Positions 57,607 to 64,000 of a DNA stretch of 64,000 nucleotides are shown one piece after another. The stretch comes from Candidatus Saccharimonadota bacterium (GTDB taxonomy: Bacteria; Patescibacteriota; Saccharimonadia; UBA4664). The first letter of the stretch is position 1. Each line of letters begins with the position of its first letter. The notes beneath the pieces are model-generated. The model was not told the origin of the DNA. It did not search any database and worked only from the letters and a program-made list of their open reading frames with translations. A program made the translations under genes and the position numbers. The DNA lies in assembly GCA_019352195.1 (NCBI GenBank), contig JACAFG010000002.1:167820-231819 (forward strand), in the 5' to 3' direction.

Positions 57607-59148
57607 TTAAGCTCCTCCTTGGTAATCGTGGCGTATCAGCTTAATTTCGGCGGCTAGCTGGCGGTTGCGGAAGTAGAAGAAGATGGCCAGCGCGCTAAAG
57701 ACTAAGACGATGGTGGTGGCAGTTCCGGCACCGGTGGCAGGCAACTGAGCTGCGGCGGTTTCTATTTGCTTGGGCAGTGGTGGTGTAACGTGGACCTGAA
57801 CGGCATTGCCGTAGACGTTATCCATGCGCAAATCAAAGCTAAACGGGTCTGATAGCCCAGCTGGCGTTGAAGGTACCGGGTCTTTGACGGTGACGGTGAA
57901 AGTTTTGGTGATGGTTTGGCCGGGAGCAATGGTGACAGGGTTCCAGGTGAGGATGCCGTCTTTGTCCACCAGGCCGCCGTCAGAGTCGCTGACATTGGCA
58001 TATTCGAGAATATCGGCTAGGTGCTCGACGACGGTGTAGCTGTCCGATACGCCGCCAATATTGGTGGTGGTGAGACTATACATTATTCGGTCGCCGGGGT
58101 TGGCGCTTTTGGTGGTAGCGTCAACATTTTGCGTGAGATTGAGGGCTGACTTGTGCTTCGTGAACGCGGCCGGGGTTGGGGTGACAACAACCTTATAGGT
58201 ACAAGGTGCGATCACGGGCGTGGTGGTTCCGAGCGAACCCGTAACCGTGAGAGCGGCGGTAAAGGTGCCGGCTGTTTTGTAAGTATGGGTCGCGGTCCGG
58301 GAGGCCCCACTGGCCGGTGTCGACGAATCGCCAAAGTCGAAGGTGTACTTGGTAATCGTTTGGCCACTTGAGCTGCCTTCGCCGGTGTAATTAACGGTAA
58401 GCGGGGCGGTACCCGAGATAACGTTGCCAGTGAGCTGGACGCACGCCAAGGTGGGCTTGGGACTTGGGGTTGGAGTGGGAGTAACTTTGGGGGTGGCGGT
58501 TGGTTTAGGGGTGGGGGTTGGCGCTTTGGTTGGCGTTGGGGTGGGCTTGGGCGTGGGGGTGGGAGTAGGCGGGGGAGTAGGGAACTTCTTAAACACCACG
58601 TTGCCGCAGCGGAACATGATAGCGAAATATTGGCCGGAGGCAGTAGTGCCCTGGAGGACGTCGTAATTTGAACCACTTTGGACGTTGCCACCGGTATCAA
58701 ACTGGTACAAATACCGGGCATAGTACTCATGCGAGCCAACGGTAAAGGCTCGGTCGCTTGCCGCGTGCTGGATACGCCCAACTGAATTGAGTGACTTATC
58801 GCGAGTATTAATGGTTACTTTGGTAGAAGCTGCGATATCGGCCCGTGAGATGCCGAAGTATTTGTAGAGGGCTTGGAGTTCGGCGGAGCTGTCGTATTTG
58901 TTGAGCAAGTCGGCCTTGGAGACGTAGCCGCCATAAATAATGTCGTTGGGTGAGGCTGCGTTTACGTTGGCAGGGGGAGCGGCAATCGTTGAAAACTGGA
59001 GCAACACAATAAGAACAGCACCAATGGCCGAAAAGACACGCGTAACCTTTTCTTTGGCTAATCGTCGGGCATAAAACGATAGTTGAGCCGAAGCGTGAGG
59101 GGAAAACGACAGTGCGGACACGATATCTTTAAACATTAGCGTTATCAT
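57607..59148 (-). CDS. LPXTG-anchored cell-surface protein with PKD-like domain and Pro/Thr-rich stalk
   Basis: C-terminal sortase signal (QLPATGAG, hydrophobic helix, RNRQ); PT-rich linker; PKD-like YTFDFGDSSTP...THTY. Start set to MITLMFKD. Confidence 0.65.
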   Translation of the reverse strand: MITLMFKDIVSALSFSPHASAQLSFYARRLAKEKVTRVFSAIGAVLIVLLQFSTIAAPPANVNAASPNDIIYGGYVSKADLLNKYDSSAELQALYKYFGISRADIAASTKVTINTRDKSLNSVGRIQHAASDRAFTVGSHEYYARYLYQFDTGGNVQSGSNYDVLQGTTASGQYFAIMFRCGNVVFKKFPTPPPTPTPTPKPTPTPTKAPTPTPKPTATPKVTPTPTPSPKPTLACVQLTGNVISGTAPLTVNYTGEGSSSGQTITKYTFDFGDSSTPASGASRTATHTYKTAGTFTAALTVTGSLGTTTPVIAPCTYKVVVTPTPAAFTKHKSALNLTQNVDATTKSANPGDRIMYSLTTTNIGGVSDSYTVVEHLADILEYANVSDSDGGLVDKDGILTWNPVTIAPGQTITKTFTVTVKDPVPSTPAGLSDPFSFDLRMDNVYGNAVQVHVTPPLPKQIETAAAQLPATGAGTATTIVLVFSALAIFFYFRNRQLAAEIKLIRHDYQGGA

Positions 59149-59242
59149 ACAACCAATTGATGCCTGTTGCCAACCGGTTCCAACAATTGAAGGCGCGCAA
59201 GACGACGCCCCAACCGGCAGGCGTCGGTTGGGGCGGGAAGGT

Positions 59243-59995
59243 CTAGTGCTTGGTTTCGAGTTCGAGTTGGGTGACGGCGGTCCGAATGGCGGCGGCAATA
59301 ATGACAACAGCCTGGGTGCTGGTACCACCGAAGTCGAAGGTGCGCCAAGGTTTGCGGTCGCGTTGATTCGGGACTGCCAGTTGCCATTTGTGGAGGTTGT
59401 CGGGCAATGGATAGAATACATAGGCAGAATACGGCAGCCCGAGCCTGATGTAAGACCCGTCGTCGGCTACTACGGTGGCAGGCCACCAAGCTTCAACTTG
59501 TTCACCCACCTGGGCGACGAACTCCTTGTAGCGGCGACGATATAAAGCGGCGTACCAACTGTCGAAAACAACGATACCGCCGATGGCGATGAGCACGCCG
59601 ACGGCGACCGCAAAATCGCGATGGGCGAGCCCCCTAACCGTATCGAAGACGGCTAGTCCCAGAAAGAACGCACCAACGAGTGACATGTAGGCGGCGGTCA
59701 GGTAGACAGCGCCGCCAATGATCTGGAGCGAGCCGTCATAGGCATCGGTAGGATTGCCACCAAATAGCAACATGGCCATCGCAAGGCCGAGTATTGTCAG
59801 GGCCGTTACGGCGGCGCAAATGAGCAGGAGCCACCCGAAATGTGCCCAATACCATTGCATCGGCGCGGTACGAATGGCCGGTGATAGAAACAGCCAGGCA
59901 ATGCCCGCAATGATGAAGGCGACGGTGAATATCGTGACGACGCGTGCCGTAAGGCGGACGCAGCGGGCGGGGAGGGAAAAGATATTGGTTGTCAT
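59243..59995 (-). CDS. hypothetical polytopic membrane protein
   Basis: RBS GGAGAG before the ATG at 59995. About 5 TM helices. Confidence 0.5.
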   Translation of the reverse strand: MTTNIFSLPARCVRLTARVVTIFTVAFIIAGIAWLFLSPAIRTAPMQWYWAHFGWLLLICAAVTALTILGLAMAMLLFGGNPTDAYDGSLQIIGGAVYLTAAYMSLVGAFFLGLAVFDTVRGLAHRDFAVAVGVLIAIGGIVVFDSWYAALYRRRYKEFVAQVGEQVEAWWPATVVADDGSYIRLGLPYSAYVFYPLPDNLHKWQLAVPNQRDRKPWRTFDFGGTSTQAVVIIAAAIRTAVTQLELETKH

Positions 59996-60214
59996 GGTTC
60001 TTCTCTCCGAACGTGAACGGGACGAGTTGACCATACGATACCACATTTGTCATGAGTTATCAATAATTTAGATGGTGATGAATTTGGTCGCCAAGCCACA
60101 GCTAGCGCTAATGTTAAATGAGAGAGTTGCCTGTCATCTGGCAAAAGCGTTATAATGGTTGCAATGGTGAGCTTACGAGCTCGTTTTTGTTGGACTAAAT
60201 GGTGGTAATACTGA

Positions 60215-62320
<2,106 letters not shown>

Positions 62321-62329
62321 GGAACTATC

Positions 62330-64000
62330 ATGGACGACGAAACTCTCGATATTACCCCCAACGAACCAGAAGAGATTCCGGCTGATCAGCTTGATAGCCT
62401 GGAGAATCCGCTAGAAGCCCCAACGATTCAAAAGACTGAGTTTGGTACGATTCGTCTGCAAAAACTTGAGTTTGAGATGGAAGACAGCTACCTCAAGTAC
62501 GCCATGAGCGTAATTGTCGCGCGCGCTCTCCCGGATGTGCGCGACGGTCTCAAGCCGGTACACCGCCGTATTCTCCACGTTATGAACCTGATGGGTCTGC
62601 GCCACACCTCGAAGTTTCAGAAGAGCGCCCAGGTAGTTGGTCGCGTGATGGGTGAATTCCACCCGCATGGTGACACCGCTATTTACGATTCCATGGTGCG
62701 TATGGCGCAGCCGTTTAGTTATCGTTACCCGCTCGTTGATGGCCAGGGAAACTTTGGCTCCATGGACGGCGATCCACCGGCAGCCTACCGCTACACCGAG
62801 GCCCGCATGCAGAGTCTCACCGACGAAATGCTGGCTGACATTGAAAAAGAGACGGTTGATTTCCGCCCTAGCTATGATGGCAGTAAGAAAGAGCCAGTGG
62901 TGCTCCCGGCCAAGCTGCCAAACCTGCTCTTAAATGGTCAGGTTGGTATTGCGGTGGGCATGGCGACTAATATTCCGCCCCACAACCTAACTGAGCTTAT
63001 TGATGGCATTGTCGAACTGATCGACAATCCCGAAGCCGGTCTCGACGAGCTGATGAAGCACGTAAAGGGTCCAGATTTTCCGACGGGCGGAACCATTTTT
63101 GGCGCTGACAGTATTCGCCAGGCGTATGGTACGGGTAAAGGCTCAATTGTCGTTCGCGCTAAGGCCGAAATTGTGGAAGACAAAAAAGGAAATCCACAAA
63201 TTGTAGTGACCGAAATTCCCTATGCGGTTAACAAATCAACCTTGATGGAAAAAATTGCTGAGCTTCATCACGAAAAGCGCATTGTGGGCATTGCTGACAT
63301 GCGTGATGAAAGTTCTCAACGTGGCGATAACAAGAATCTCACGGGTGGCGTGCGGATTGTTATTGATATCAAAAAAGACGGCTTTCCCAACAAGATTTTG
63401 AACCAGTTATATAAGATGACACCGCTACAAAGCGCCTTCCACGTCAACATGCTGGCACTCGTCGACAATGGTCGCCAGCCGCGCGTCCTGAGTTTGGAAA
63501 TGATTTTGCGGGAATACCTCAAGCATCGTCAGACGGTGGTTCGCCGTCGTACCGAGTTTGAACTGCGCAAAGCCCGTGAACAGGCGCACATTTTAGAAGG
63601 CTTAAAGATTGCGCTTGATCATATCGACGAGGTCATTCGCATTATTCGCGCCTCTCAGACAACTGAGGAAGCGCGCACGAACCTCATGACTAATTTTGGC
63701 CTTAGCGAGTTGCAAGCCGCCGCCATTTTGGCGATGCAGCTGCGACGTTTGGCTGGACTTGAGCGCAAAAAGATTGAAGACGATTTGGCTGCCTTGTTGA
63801 AGCTCATCGCTGAACTCGAAGGTATTTTGAGCTCCGAGTCCGAAATTCTCAAAGTTGTTCGTGCCGAGTGTGAAGAGATGAAAGCCAAGTATGGCGACGA
63901 GCGACGCACGCAAATCGTGGGATCAGAAATCGGCAAGTTCAGCGAAGAAGAGCTGGTACCAAACGAGCAAGTGATTATTACCCTCACCCATGGCGGCTAC
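62330..64000 (+). CDS. gyrA: DNA gyrase subunit A (3'-truncated at window edge)
   Basis: [23 protein letters not shown], the active-site Tyr region ([10 protein letters not shown]) and the QRDR region. The ORF is open to base 64000. Confidence 0.9.
   Translation, partial: MDDETLDITPNEPEEIPADQLDSLENPLEAPTIQKTEFGTIRLQKLEFEMEDSYLKYAMSVIVARALPDVRDGLKPVHRRILHVMNLMGLRHTSKFQKSAQVVGRVMGEFHPHGDTAIYDSMVRMAQPFSYRYPLVDGQGNFGSMDGDPPAAYRYTEARMQSLTDEMLADIEKETVDFRPSYDGSKKEPVVLPAKLPNLLLNGQVGIAVGMATNIPPHNLTELIDGIVELIDNPEAGLDELMKHVKGPDFPTGGTIFGADSIRQAYGTGKGSIVVRAKAEIVEDKKGNPQIVVTEIPYAVNKSTLMEKIAELHHEKRIVGIADMRDESSQRGDNKNLTGGVRIVIDIKKDGFPNKILNQLYKMTPLQSAFHVNMLALVDNGRQPRVLSLEMILREYLKHRQTVVRRRTEFELRKAREQAHILEGLKIALDHIDEVIRIIRASQTTEEARTNLMTNFGLSELQAAAILAMQLRRLAGLERKKIEDDLAALLKLIAELEGILSSESEILKVVRAECEEMKAKYGDERRTQIVGSEIGKFSEEELVPNEQVIITLTHGGY

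Noticed and set aside
57762-58781. ORFs 57762..58001(-), 58212..58781(-) and 58424..58666(+) within the LPXTG gene
   Set aside because: Alternative or antisense frames through the Pro/Thr-rich linker-coding repeat, with low-complexity translations.

Overview
The 64 kb window reads as a chromosomal segment of a small-genome bacterium with a Gram-positive-type envelope (LPXTG protein, LCP ligase, CHAP amidase, L,D-transpeptidase, protein-O-mannosylation-type GT-C enzymes). It uses the standard genetic code, and a Saccharibacteria/CPR-like origin is plausible but unproven. Housekeeping content includes argS, trpS, pheS-pheT, gyrB-gyrA(partial), smpB, a complete tmRNA (ssrA, 5890-6266) and tRNA-Pro(CGG). 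Other clear genes are galT, trehalase plus a sugar kinase, a class II photolyase, a UvrD-like helicase-nuclease, rmuC, a PilB/GspE ATPase, several GT2/GT4/GT-C glycosyltransferases, an acyl-CoA delta9-type desaturase and a giant 1952-aa P-loop ATPase with a Pro/Ala-rich tail. The most interesting locus is at 40.0-41.45 kb. A compact 312-aa retron-type reverse transcriptase is preceded on the same strand by a strong sigma70-like promoter and a ~375-nt ORF-free segment bracketed by a 13-19 bp inverted repeat, which is retron msr-msd-like a1/a2 architecture. It has no co-directional effector gene. Its only neighbours are a divergent, probably leaderless rmuC (putative nuclease) plus a coupled membrane protein, and a convergently overlapping MarR gene. 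This looks like an undescribed effector-less or RmuC-partnered retron-like module. A second candidate is a ~650-900 nt ORF-free but highly structured region between trpS and pheS (44.25-45.09 kb). It contains perfect 14-bp-stem hairpins and GACCA repeats, a candidate sigma70 promoter is predicted upstream, and it ends in a strong intrinsic terminator, so it may encode a large ncRNA. Other observations: a frameshifted FKBP gene; two paralogous small acidic proteins, each beside a bidirectional terminator; GC-rich islands that look horizontally acquired; and a three-repeat S/N/G-rich secreted protein.
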